Made by a program: the position numbers and the translations under genes. DNA of 64,000 nt from positions 310,001 to 374,000 of the forward strand of contig NIVC01000989.1 in assembly GCA_002269645.1 (NCBI GenBank), written 5' to 3'. Positions 43,373 to 58,000 of the stretch are shown piece after piece. Source of the stretch: Macrostomum lignano (taxonomy: Eukaryota). The notes beneath the pieces are model-generated. The model ran no database searches and had not been told where the DNA came from. It saw only the letters and a list, made by a program, of their open reading frames with translations. Each line of letters begins with the position of its first letter. The stretch's first letter is position 1.

Positions 43373-45978
43373 CTGAATAGATTTTTTAAGTGCAAGGGTA
43401 AACGGCGGGAGTAACTATTACCTATTCAGAAGCCTCGCCAGCTAATAAGTATTTAAAATTTTTCTTACGACTTTTACTTTAAGCAGGAAATTGAAAGAAA
43501 TACTACGCAACAGACTTACCCGGCAGGTCCAAGGGATTTCAAAGCTACGCTAATAATTTCGTCAATTAATCGATTGAAGCTGTTTAATAGCAGCTGGCCG
43601 AAACCTTCATCTGTGTTAGCCGCCATCAGCTGCTCTCTGAAGACAAAATTAATTGTAAAATACAAATAAGTACTTTAATAAGTTACTTAAGTATTATTTA
43701 CTGCTGTAGAAAACTGCAATCTGAGATATGAAAACTGAAACCTGAGATATGAAAACTGCAATCTGAGATATGAAAACTGCAATCAGAGATATAAAACTGC
43801 CATTTGAGATGTGAAAACTGCAATCTGAGATTTGAAAACTGCAATCTGAGATATGAAAACTGCAATCTGAGATATGAAAACTGCAATCTGAGATATGAAA
43901 ACTGCAATCTGAGATATGAAAACTGCAATCTGAGATTTGATTACTGCAATCTGAGATATGAAAACTGCAATCTGAGATATGACAACTGCAATCAGAGATA
44001 TGAAAACTGCAATTTGAGATATGAAAACTGCAATCTGAGATATGACAACTGCAATCTGAGATTTGATTACTGCAATCTGAGATATGAAAACTGCAATCTG
44101 AGATATGAAAACTGCAATCTGAGATATGACAACTGCAATCTGAGATTTGATTACTGCAATCTGAGATATGACAACTGCAATCTGAGATTTGAAAACTGCA
44201 ATCTGAGATATGAAAACTGCAATCTGAGATATGAAAACTGCAATCTGAGATATGACAACTGCAATCTGAGATATGAAAACTGCAATCAGAGATATCCAAC
44301 CTGGTCACTGTGACATTGTGCCGGATAACAGCAAGTACAAGTTCGTCAGGTCCCAGTCCGCTGGGCGGACGAGCTAGCACAGGCAGTCCAGCTACAGAAC
44401 CAGCTAGCAGAGGCCTCAGCACAACCAACTGAGCCTCCAAATGGCCAGGCAATTGCAAATACTGCTCCAAATAGTCTTGCACAGCCTGCCTACTTGAGTC
44501 CATAGGCCGGCCATCGCCAGCCATAAGCGCCATGATATCTGGTAGAGCCAACTGCCCGTTGCTGAGCACCAAAATTAGCAGATCGGTTAGGAAATTCTCT
44601 CCCGGCGTCTCGTTGCCAGTGGAGCCGAATAAATTTGCCACTTGCTCCATCACGGAGGCTGCACCGCCGCCGGATAGAAACGAGCCCAGCAACTGGCGAG
44701 TTAGTTGACAAAAAGCAAAATTTTGTGAGGTCAGATACGGAGACTACATGGATGGATTCGCCCTAATACAAAACATACTAGATGAGAAAGCATAAAGATA
44801 CATAAAAATTATTTGGCAATAACAAACAGTTGAAAACCCAATAAGATCATGCATGCCAGATCCGATTAACGCTTGAGGTATGTGACCCAACTAAACAGTG
44901 GGACAGTATAAACCAATGAGTATGACCCATCTGACCCTCACCTACCTAACTCATGACCCACCTAGCCCATGATACACCTAGCCCATGACCCACATAACAC
45001 ATGACCCACCTAACCCATGATACACCTAACCCATGACCCACCTAACACATGACCCACCTAACCCATGACCCACCTAACCCATGACCCACCTAACTCATGA
45101 CCCACTTAACACATGACCCACCTAACTCATGACCCACCTAACTCATGACCCACCTAAACCATGACCCAACTAACACATGACCCACCTAACCCATGACCCA
45201 CCAAACTCATGACCCACCTAACTCATGACCCACCTAAACCATGACCCACCTAACCCATGACCCTCCCTAACCCATGACCCACCTAACTCATGACCCACCT
45301 AAACCATGACCCACCTAACCCATGACCCACCTAACTCATGACCCACCTAAACCATGACCCACCTAACCCATGACCCTCCCTAACCCATGACCCACCTAAC
45401 TCATGACCCACCTAAACCATGACCCACCTAACCCATGACCCACCTAACTCATGACCCACCTAAACCATGACCCACCTAACCCATGACCCTCCCTAACACA
45501 TGACCCACCTAACCCATGACCCCCCCCTAACCCATGACAAAGCTGACCTAATTAACTGAAGCGTGACCCCCACTAAGCCAATTCACTCACATGCTCCATC
45601 ATTTGCGGCGGCCGACTCTGCGCCGATCTGGCGGCGCCATCAATCGGATTAGACGAATTAGTTGGATTGGCGCCGACGCTAACGCCACTAGCCGGCGCCC
45701 TAGCGCCAGTGGACGCGGCCGAGTTGCTGCCAGGGTTAGCCGCCGCTGCCGCAGCAGCCACCCGCGGCGGCATGAAATGCCGGCTTAAACAATTGAGAAA
45801 GGGATCGATAAATAATCCTCCGGCTGGTGCCACGTGGGGATGGGCGCCACCGCCGCCGCCGACGGCTCCGAGCGATTGCTGCATAGCGGCGCGCAGGTGA
45901 GCAGAAATTGGATTGAGCATCGGTTCGGCTGGGTCCGCGTGACCTGGTCTCTGTTGTTGTTGCTGTTGTTGTTGTTGT

Positions 45979-46019
<41 letters not shown>

Positions 46020-49000
46020 TTGCTGCTGCTGCGTCGGCGAATGCACTCGATGACCCATAGCATCGGTGGTCATGCTAATATGAGCATGGAGAGTGTGAAA
46101 CGGGGCCTCGCTTAGCACCAGCAGGTTGTTTGGTCGGCTGCAGATTGAGATTAGGTTAAATTTATTTACGAGTGTAAGACTTTCTAAAGTCTTAGACTTG
46201 AAAAGCCTGGATTCTAAGGATAAATCCCTGATGAATCTACAGATTCTACAGGTGATCCTTGGACCCTCGATTCTACAGGTGATCCCAGGACCCTGGATTC
46301 TACAGGTGATCCAAGGACCCTGGATTCTACAGGTGATCCAAGGACATCTGATTCTACAGGTGATCAAAGGACCCTGGATTCTACAGGTGATTCTAGGACC
46401 CTGGATTCTACAGGTGATTCTAGGACCCTGGATTCTACAGGTGATTCTAGGACCCTGGATTCTACAGGTGATCAAAGGACCCTGGATTCTACAGGTGATT
46501 CTTGGACACTGGATTCTACAGGTGATTCTTGGACCCTGGATTGTACAGGTGATTCTTGGAAACTGGATTGTACAGGTGATTCTTGAACACTGGATTCTAC
46601 AGGTGATTCTTGAACACTGGATTCTACAGGTGATTCTCGGACCCTGGATTCTACAGGTGATTCTTGGACACTGAATTCTACAGGTGATTCTTGGACACTG
46701 GATTGTACAGGTGATTCTTGGACACTGGATTCTACAGGTGATTCTTGGACACTGGATTCTACAGGTGATCTCAGGACCCTGGATTTAACAGGTGATTCTA
46801 GGACCCTGGATTGTACAGGTGATTCTAGGACCCTGGATTGTACAGGTGATTCTAGGACCCTGGATTGTACAGGTGATTCTAGGACCCTGGATTGTACAGG
46901 TGATTCTAGGACCCTAAATTGTACAGGTGATTCTAGGACCCTGGATTGTACAGGTGATTCTAGGACCCTGGATTGTACAGGTGATTCTAGGACCCTGGAT
47001 TGTACAGGTGATTCTAGGACCCTGGATTGTACAGGTGATTCTAGGACCCTGGATTGTACAGGTGATTCTAGGACCCTGGATTGTCCAGGTGATTCTCGGA
47101 CGCTGAATTTTACAGGTGATTCTTGGAAACTAGATTGTTCAGGTGATTCTTGGAAACTGGATTGTACAGGTGATTCTTGGAAACTGGATTGTACAGGTGA
47201 TTCTTGGAAACTGGATTGTACAGGTGATTCTTGGAAACTGGATTGTACAGGTGATTCTTGGAAACTGGATTGTACAGGTGATTCTTGGACACTGGATTGT
47301 ACAGGTGATTCTTGGAAACTGGATTGTACAGGTGATTCTTGGACACTGGATTGTACAGGTGATTCTTGGAAACTGGATTGTACAGGTGATTCTTGGAAAC
47401 TGGATTGTACAGGTGATTTCTGGACACTGGATTCTACAGGTGACCCTTGGACCCTGCACTTTGTAAAAACCTTCTATTCTATTCTTACCCAGTTTCGCCT
47501 TGCCTATCCAATTCGGCAATTAAATCCGACAGATTGTGCAAAGCGTGCGCGCCAAGGTGAGCAGCTCTGGAGGCTAACTCGTACTGAGCCAGACGCCGCC
47601 TACGGCGACTGTTCAACGATTCGGCATCGGCGCCGCCCTCGGCGCCAGGCTGATCGGCGAGGTCTTCGCTGACAACAGCGGACCAGGTGGCCAATCCGGC
47701 GTCGAGGCTGCTCAGAGCGCGGCGAACCCGGTCGATGGCGGCTGGCAGCTCCGCTACCGACGCCGGAGCCGAGGGATCTTCGCCGACGCGATCCTGCTCC
47801 GGCAGGGTGATCCGATCTGCCGACGGATTGCCGGACAAGCGCACGGCGTCCGAATCGTGCGGCACCTTCGATTTGTTAGATGGGACAATGGAATGAGAGA
47901 CGCACTCTGACGTAGGCACTCTGAAGGGGTGAGAGGCACTCTGAAGGGGTGAGAGGCACTCTGACGGGGTGAGAGGCACTCTGACAGGGTGAGAGGCACT
48001 CTAAAGGGGTGAGAAGCACTCTAAAGGGTGAGAGGCACTCTGAAGGGAGAGATGTTCTTGAAATGGAGAGAGCCACTCTGAAAATAGAGAAGCACTCGGA
48101 AGGTAGAGAAGCACTCTGAGATAGAGAGGCACTCTGAAAAAAACAGTGATAGCAGTTAGCCGGCCTTCTCACCTCTCCGGGCCCATCAGCAAGGCCAGAC
48201 CGCACCCGATCAAGCTGAGCCAGCAGGCTGCTCATCTGCCTCAGCACAGTGTTCAGATAGCCCAGCCTCAGCCTAGCCAGAGACTGGTGCTGGCCTCCAG
48301 GCGCCAGATTGACAACAACATCGACTCCGCCGTCTGGCTGTTGTCGAGTTGTCACCGAGGCGCCGCGACCAGCTTCGCCAACACCGCCAAGGACTTGTTC
48401 CATGATTTGAGCAATCTGGTTTGGCAGAGCGTGAAGATCTGGATGGTGATGATGGTGATGATGCTGCTGAGACTGTTGCTGCTGAGACTGCTGCTGCTGC
48501 TGCTGCTGCGGCTGTGGCATCCGTCGAACCAGGTGAACGACTTTTCCAGCGCAGCCTTGATCGATTAATTTGGCGTCATTTTGCAGCACCCGGCCTTGAA
48601 ATATGAGCCGCTGCTCCTCGCTGGGAATGCGCATCGCTTCGGCTAAGATGGCTTTGAATTGGCCCACCGTTGTCTGCAGTTAGGTGTGAAGAGTCAACTG
48701 GGTATGTCTACCTATGTCACTAAAATCTCACCTTAAGATATTTCACTAAAATCTTATCTTGAGATATGTCACTAAAATTTCATTCTGAGATATGTCACTA
48801 AAATCTTATCTTGAGATATGTCACTAAAATCTTATCTTGAGATATGTCACTAAAATCTTATCTTGAGATAAATCACTAAAATCGCACCACAAGATATGGC
48901 ACTAAAATCCCACCTTAAGATATGTCATCACTAAAATCTCATCTTGAGATCCTATATACTAAAAATGAAATGTCTGTAACTAACTAGCTATGCGATAGAT

Positions 49001-52000
49001 ATCAGAAAAAATGGCTCAACCGATTTTCTTCAAACTTGCACCATTTGATCAGAAATTTTCCTGGGACGGTACATGCATCTTGGCTAAGAAATTGCTCAAT
49101 TTTAAAGGGATTAAATATTCGAAAAACATGCTTTTTTGCAAAGGTCAAGCAGCTCTTTCGACCTGAAATGAATTGTAAAAATGCGAAAGAAAAAACTGAC
49201 TGACTGAATTTCAATTGTGATAAAGATTGCATCACAACAAGATGAAAACAGTGTCGAAAAAATGCACACAAGACTTGATTGTAATTGCGTAACCATATTG
49301 CTAACTTGAATTGAGACTGATACTGGCTGACTGAGAAATTGATTATGTCATAACTTTTTACTCTAACTGACTTGCTATAAGAATTGAATTATAAGGGCCA
49401 CAATTCATGTTCTCCAATTGAAAAGAGATAGCCAAGATGCGAACAGACTGGACTGCTAATGTAGCGACCTGGGTTCGAATCTTAGTAGTGCAAAAACATT
49501 TTTTTTATTAAAACACTTTAAAACACAAAATGCTAAACATAAAAGAAGCGCAATGTCAAATATAAAAGAGCCACCATGTAAATCATAAAAGAGCCACCAT
49601 TTCAAACATAAAAGAGCCACCATTTCAAACATAAAAGAGCCACCATTTCAAACATAAAAGAGCCACCATGTGAAACATATACGTGACTCAATGTCAAACA
49701 TTAAAGAGCCACCATGTCAAACATTAAAGAGCCACCATGTCAAACATTCAAGAGCCACCATGTCGAACATAACAGAGACAACATTTCAAACATAAAAGAG
49801 CCATCATGTCAAACATAAAAGAGCCACCATGTCGAACATTAAAGAGCCACCATGTCGAACATAACAGAGACAACATTTCAAACATAAAAGAGCCATCATG
49901 TCAAACATTAAAGAGCCACCATGTCGAACATTAAAGAGCCACCATGTTGAACATTGAAGAGCCACCACGTCAAACATTAAAGAGCCACCAAGTAAAATAT
50001 AAAAGAGCTACCATGTCAAACATAAAAAGGCCATCATGTCAAACATAAAAGAGCCATCATGTGAAACATATACGTGACTCAATGTCAAACATTAAAGAGC
50101 CACCATGTCAAACATAAAAGAGACACCATATGTCGAACATTAAAGAGCCACCAAGTCAAACATTAAAGAGCCACCATGTCAAACATTAAAGAGCCACTAT
50201 GTCAAACATTTAAGAGCCACCATGTCAAACATAAAAGAGCCACCATGTCGAGCATAAAAGAGCCACCATGTCAAACATAAAAGAGCTACCACGTCAAACA
50301 TTAAAGAGCCACCATGTCAAACATTAAAGAGCCACCATGTCGAGCATAAAAGAGCCACCATGTCGAACATAAAAGAGCCACCATGTCAAACATTAAAGAG
50401 CCACCATGTCAAACATTCAAGAGCCACCATGTCAAACATTCAAGAGCCACCATGTCGAACATAACAGAGACAACATTTCAAACATTTAAGAGCCACCATG
50501 TCAAACATAAAAGATCTACCATGTCAAGCATAAAAGAGCCATCATGTCAAACATAAAAGAGCCACCATGTCGAACATTAAAGAGCCACCATGTTCAACAT
50601 TAAGGAGCCACCATGTCAAACATTCAAGAGCCACCATGTCGAACATAACAGAGACAACATTTCAAACATTTAGGAGCCACCATGTCAAACATAAAAGAGC
50701 CACCATGTCGAGCATAAAAGAGCCACCATGTTGAACATTAAAGAGCCACCATGTCAAACATTAAAGAGCCACCATGTCGAGCATAAAAGAGCCACCATGT
50801 CGAACATAAAAGAGCCACCATGTCAAACATTAAAGAGCCACCATGTCAAACATTCAAGAGCCACCATGTCAAACATTCAAGAGCCACCATGTCGAACATA
50901 ACAGAGACAACATTTCAAACATTTAAGAGCCACCATGTCAAACATAAAAGATCTACCATGTCAAGCATAAAAGAGCCATCATGTCAAACATAAAAGAGCC
51001 ACCATGTCGAACATTAAAGAGCCACCATGTTCAACATTAAGGAGCCACCATGTCAAACATAAAAGAGCCACCATGTCAAACATTAAAGAGCCACCATGTC
51101 AAACATTAAAGAGCTATCATGTCAAACACAAAAGAGCTACCATGTCAAACATTAAAGAGCCACTTTTTTAAACAAAACAGAGACACCATTTCAAACATAA
51201 AAGAAGTGTCATGCCAAACAAAATGAAACCATTATAAAGCTAAGGAAATTGTTGCACTAGCTACTTGTTCTCTGGTGGATGCTTGCTATTTAAGGATGGA
51301 TACTTGCTATCAGGGGGATGCTTGCTCTTGGGGGTGGAGAGTACTTGCTATCTGAGAGGGGGTTGCTAGATATCTATAAGGTATCTTTGTATCCAGGATA
51401 TGCTTGCTATCAGGGGTTGCTTGCTGTCTGGGGGATGCTTGCGATCTGGGGGATGCTTGCTATCTGGGGGGATGCTTGCTATCTGGGGGGATGCTTGCTA
51501 TCTGGGGGATGCTTGCTATCTGCGGGATGCTTGCTATCTGGGGGACGCTTGCTATCTGGGGTCTGGGGGAATGCTTGCTATCTGGGGATGCTTGCGATCT
51601 GGGGGATGCTTGCTATCTGAGGAATGCTTGCTATCTGGGGATGCTTGCTATCTGCGGGATGCTTGCTATCTGGGGGATGCTTGCTATCTGGGGTCTGGGG
51701 AATGCTTGCTATCGGGGGATGCTTGCAGTCTGGGGGATGCTTGCTATCTGGGGATGCTTGCTATCTGGGGGATGCTTGCAGTCTGGGGGATGCTTGCTAT
51801 TTGGGGATCAATGCTTGAATGTTGTCTGAGGATGCTTGCTGTCTTGGGATGTTTTGTTTTTAAGAGGGAATGTCTGTTGTTTTTTCTGAAGGCTTTATTT
51901 CGCTGTCTATTTGTTATTTGTAAAAAACAAGGATTCTATCCAGATGTCCCCCATCGGGGGGCAAAGATTGCTAGTCCTATATACTAAAAATGAGTTGTCT

Positions 52001-55000
52001 GTATATGGGTATGCGATTGATTTCAGAAAAATTGGCTCAACCGATTTTCTTCAAACTTGCAGCATTCGATCAGAAATTTTCCTGGGACGGTACATGCATC
52101 TTGGCTAAGAAATTGCTCAATGTTAAAGGGATTAAATATTCGAAAAACATGCTTTTTTGCAAAGGTCAAGCCAAATTTTTGACTTGAATTGCATTGTAAG
52201 AATGCTAGAGAAAAAACTGACTGACTGAATTCCGATTGTGATAAAGATTGCATCACAACAAGGTGAAAACAGTGCCACAGAAACGCACACAAGACTTGAT
52301 TGAAATTGCGTAACCATATTGCTAACTTAAATTGAGACTGATACTGGCTGACTGAGAAATTGATTATGTCATAACTTTTTACTCTAACCGACTTGCTGTA
52401 AGTATTGAATCATAAGGGCCACAAGTCATGTTCTCCAATTAAAAAGAGATAGCCGGATGCAAACAGACTGGAATGCTAATGTAGCGACCTTGGTTCGAAT
52501 CTTAGTAGTGAAAAATGTTTTTTTTATTAAAACACCTTAAAAACACAAAATGCTAAACATTAAAAAGCCACCATGTCAAACATAAAACAGCCACCATATC
52601 AAACATTAAAGAGCCACAATGTCAAACATTAAAGAGCCACCATTTCAAACCTAAAAGCGCCACCATGTCGAACATTAAAGAGCCACCATGTCGAACATTA
52701 AAGAGCCACCATATCAAACATAAAAGAGTTACCATGTCAAACATTAAAGAGCCACCATGTCAAACATTAAAGAGCCACCATGTCAAACATAAAACAGCCA
52801 ACATTTCGAAAATCAAAGAGCCACCATGTCAAACATTAAAGAGCCACCATGTCGAACATTAAAGAGCTACCATGTCAAACATAAAACAGACACCATTAAG
52901 AACATTAAAGAGCCACCATGTCGAACATTAAAGAGCCACCATGTCAAACATAAAACAGAGCCACAATTTCGACAATTAAAGAGCCACCATGTCAAACATT
53001 AAAGAGCCACCATGTCGAACATTAAAGAGCCACCATGTCAAACATAAAACAGCCACCATTTCAAAAATTAAAGAGCCACCATTTCAAACATTAAAGAGCC
53101 ACCATGTCAAACATTAAAGAGCCACCATGTCGAACATTTAAGAACCACCATGTCAAACATAAAATAGCCACCATGTAAAACATATATGTGACTCCATGTA
53201 AAACATTAAAGAGCTACCATATCAGACATATACATGACTCCATGTCAAACATATACGTGACTCCATGTTAGACATTAAAGAGTCACCATGTCTAACACTA
53301 AAGAGCCACCAATGTCAAAAATAAAAGAGCCACCATGTCAAATATTAAAGAGCCACCATGTCAAACATTAAAGAGCCATTAGGTCAAACATGAAAGTGCC
53401 ACCATGTAAAACATTAAAGAGCCACCATGTCAAACATATACGTAACTCCATGTCAAACATTGAAGAGACCCCATGTCAAACATTAAAGAGCCACAATGTC
53501 GAACATAAAAGAGCCACCATGTAAAACATATACGTAACTTCATGTCAAACATTGAAGCGACACCATGTCGAACATAAAAGAGCCACCATGTCGAACATAA
53601 AGGAGTTACCATGTCAAACATTAAAGAGCCACCATGTCAAACATAAAACAGAGCCACAATTTCGACAATTAAAGAGCCACCATGTCAAACATTAAAGAGC
53701 CACCATGTCGAACATTAAAGAGCCACCATGTCAAACATAAAACAGCCACCATTTCAAAAATTAAAGAGCCACCATTTCAAACATTAAAGAGCCACCATGT
53801 CAAACATTAAAGAGCCACCATGTCGAACATTAAAGAGCCACCATGTCAAACATTAAAGAGCCACCTTATCAAACATTAAAGAGCCACCATGTAAAACATT
53901 AAAGAGCCACCATGTCGAACATAAAAGAGGTACCATGTCAAACATTAAAGACCCACCAGGTAAAATATGAAAGTGCCATTATATCAAATATTAAAAAGCC
54001 ACCATGTCAAGCATTAAAGAGCCACCAGGTCAAACATGAAAGTGCCACCATGTAAAACATTAAAGAGCCACCATGTCAAAAATTAAAGAGCCACCAGGTC
54101 AAACATATACATGACTCCATGTCAAACATTGAAGAGCCACAATGTCGAACATAAAAGAGCCACCATGTCGAACATAAAAGAGTTACCATGTCAAACATTA
54201 AAGAGCCACCATGTCAAACATTAAAGAGCCACCATGTCAAACATTAAACAGCCAACATTTCGAAAATTAAAGAGCCACCATGTCAAACATTAAAGAGCCA
54301 CCATGTCAAACATAAAACAGAGCCACAATTTCGACAATTAAAGAGCCACCATGTCAAACATTAAAGAGCCACCATGTCGAACATTAAAGAGCCACCATGT
54401 CAAACATAAAACAGCCACCATTTCAAAAATTAAAGAGCCACCATTTCAAACATTAAAGAGCCACCATGTCAAACATTAAAGAGCCACCATGTCGAACATT
54501 AAAGAGCCACCATGTCAAACATTAAAGAGCCACCTTATCAAACATTAAAGAGCCACCATGTAAAACATTAAAGAGCCACCATGTCGAACATAAAAGAGGT
54601 ACCATGTCAAACATTAAAGACCCACCAGGTCAAATATGAAAGTGCCATTATATCAAATATTAAAAAGCCACCATGTCAAGCATTAAAGAGCCACCAGGTC
54701 AAACATGAAAGTGCCACCATGTAAAACATTAAAGAGCCACCATGTCAAAAATTAAAGGGCCACCAGGTCAAACATATACATGACTCCATGTCAAACATTG
54801 AAGAGCCACAATGTCGAACATAAAAGGGCCACCATGTCAAATACTAAAGAGTCACCATGTCAAACATTAAAGAGCCAACAGGTCAAACATAAAAGTGCCA
54901 CCATGTAAAACATTAAAGAGCCACCATGTCGAACATTTAAGAACCACCATGTCAAACATAAAATAGCCACCATGTGAAACATATATGTGACTCCATGTAA

Positions 55001-58000
55001 AACATTAAAGAGCTACCATATCAGACATATACATGACTCCATGTCAAACATATACGTGACTCCATGTTAGACATTAAAGAGTCACCATGTCGAACATTAA
55101 AGAGCCAACATGTGAAAAATACAAGAGCCACCATGTCAAACATATACATGACTCCATGTCAAACATTGAAGAGACACCATGTCGAACATAAAAGAGCCAC
55201 TATGCAAAACATAAAAGAGCCACCATGTCTAACACTAAAGAGCCACCAATGTCAAAAATAAAAGAGCCACCATGTCAAATATTAAAGAGCCACCATGTCA
55301 AACATTAAAGAGCCATTAGGTCAAACATGAAAGTGCCACCATGTAAAACATTAAAGAGCCACCATGTCAAACATATACGTAACTCCATGTCAAACATTGA
55401 AGAGACCCCATGTCAAACATTAAAGAGCCACAATGTCGAACATAAAAGAGCCACCATGTAAAACATATACGTAACTTCATGTCAAACATTGAAGCGACAC
55501 CATGTCGAACATAAAAGAGCCACCATGTCGAACATAAAGGAGTTACCATGTCAAACATTAAAGAGCCACCATGTCAAACATAAAACAGAGCCACAATTTC
55601 GACAATTAAAGAGCCACCATGTCAAACATTAAAGAGCCACCATGTCGAACATTAAAGAGCCACCATGTCAAACATAAAACAGCCACCATTTCAAAAATTA
55701 AAGAGCCACCATTTCAAACATTAAAGAGCCACCATGTCAAACATTAAAGAGCCACCATGTCGAACATTAAAGAGCCACCATGTCAAACATTAAAGAGCCA
55801 CCTTATCAAACATTAAAGAGCCACCATGTAAAACATTAAAGAGCCACCATGTCGAACATAAAAGAGGTACCATGTCAAACATTAAAGACCCACCAGGTAA
55901 AATATGAAAGTGCCATTATATCAAATATTAAAAAGCCACCATGTCAAGCATTAAAGAGCCACCAGGTCAAACATGAAAGTGCCACCATGTAAAACATTAA
56001 AGAGCCACCATGTCAAAAATTAAAGAGCCACCAGGTCAAACATATACATGACTCCATGTCAAACATTGAAGAGCCACAATGTCGAACATAAAAGAGCCAC
56101 CATGTCGAACATAAAAGAGTTACCATGTCAAACATTAAAGAGCCACCATGTCAAACATTAAAGAGCCACCATGTCAAACATTAAACAGCCAACATTTCGA
56201 AAATTAAAGAGCCACCATGTCAAACATTAAAGAGCCACCATGTCAAACATAAAACAGAGCCACAATTTCGACAATTAAAGAGCCACCATGTCAAACATTA
56301 AAGAGCCACCATGTCGAACATTAAAGAGCCACCATGTCAAACATAAAACAGCCACCATTTCAAAAATTAAAGAGCCACCATTTCAAACATTAAAGAGCCA
56401 CCATGTCAAACATTAAAGAGCCACCATGTCGAACATTAAAGAGCCACCATGTCAAACATTAAAGAGCCACCTTATCAAACATTAAAGAGCCACCATGTAA
56501 AACATTAAAGAGCCACCATGTCGAACATAAAAGAGGTACCATGTCAAACATTAAAGACCCACCAGGTCAAATATGAAAGTGCCATTATATCAAATATTAA
56601 AAAGCCACCATGTCAAGCATTAAAGAGCCACCAGGTCAAACATGAAAGTGCCACCATGTAAAACATTAAAGAGCCACCATGTCAAAAATTAAAGGGCCAC
56701 CAGGTCAAACATATACATGACTCCATGTCAAACATTGAAGAGCCACAATGTCGAACATAAAAGGGCCACCATGTCAAATACTAAAGAGTCACCATGTCAA
56801 ACATTAAAGAGCCAACAGGTCAAACATAAAAGTGCCACCATGTAAAACATTAAAGAGCCACCATGTCGAACATTTAAGAACCACCATGTCAAACATAAAA
56901 TAGCCACCATGTGAAACATATATGTGACTCCATGTAAAACATTAAAGAGCTACCATATCAGACATATACATGACTCCATGTCAAACATATACGTGACTCC
57001 ATGTTAGACATTAAAGAGTCACCATGTCGAACATTAAAGAGCCAACATGTGAAAAATACAAGAGCCACCATGTCAAACATATACATGACTCCATGTCAAA
57101 CATTGAAGAGACACCATGTCGAACATAAAAGAGCCACTATGCAAAACATAAAAGAGCCACCATGTCTAACACTAAAGAGCCACCAATGTCAAAAATAAAA
57201 GAGCCACCATGTCAAATATTAAAGAGCCACCATGTCAAACATTAAAGAGCCATTAGGTCAAACATGAAAGTGCCACCATGTAAAACATTAAAGAGCCACC
57301 ATGTCAAACATATACGTAACTCCATGTCAAACATTGAAGAGACCCCATGTCAAACATTAAAGAGCCACAATGTCGAACATAAAAGAGCCACCATGTAAAA
57401 CATATACGTAACTTCATGTCAAACATTGAAGCGACACCATGTCGAACATAAAAGAGCCACCATGTCGAACATAAAGGAGTTACCATGTCAAACATTAAAG
57501 AGCCACCATGTCAAACATAAAACAGAGCCACAATTTCGACAATTAAAGAGCCACCATGTCAAACATTAAAGAGCCACCATGTCGAACATTAAAGAGCCAC
57601 CATGTCAAACATAAAACAGCCACCATTTCAAAAATTAAAGAGCCACCATTTCAAACATTAAAGAGCCACCATGTCAAACATTAAAGAGCCACCATGTCGA
57701 ACATTAAAGAGCCACCATGTCAAACATTAAAGAGCCACCTTATCAAACATTAAAGAGCCACCATGTAAAACATTAAAGAGCCACCATGTCGAACATAAAA
57801 GAGGTACCATGTCAAACATTAAAGACCCACCAGGTAAAATATGAAAGTGCCATTATATCAAATATTAAAAAGCCACCATGTCAAGCATTAAAGAGCCACC
57901 AGGTCAAACATGAAAGTGCCACCATGTAAAACATTAAAGAGCCACCATGTCAAAAATTAAAGAGCCACCAGGTCAAACATATACATGACTCCATGTCAAA

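Larger units (their letters stand above)
48950..51974 (+). mobile_element. Non-autonomous Helitron, copy 1 (3.0 kb)
   Basis: Begins TCCTATATACTAAAAA after host A (48949). Ends with a GC hairpin gtccccc-atcg-ggggggc (51946-51962) then 8 nt then CTAG (51971-51974). No transposase ORF, no TSD. Confidence 0.88.

Noticed and set aside
44925-45550. Telomere-like cctaacc content
   Set aside because: The unit is a 16-mer, not (TTAGGG)n; no evidence for an interstitial telomere
46126-47519. WILQVILGP, ITCRIQGPR and SKNHLYNPV repeat ORFs
   Set aside because: 27-bp intronic minisatellite; the true BAG6 exon starts at the acceptor at 46137
49425-49506. Functional tRNA-Ser(GCT) gene
   Set aside because: No acceptor-stem pairing, a mismatched anticodon stem and no long variable arm; kept only as a tRNA-derived cassette
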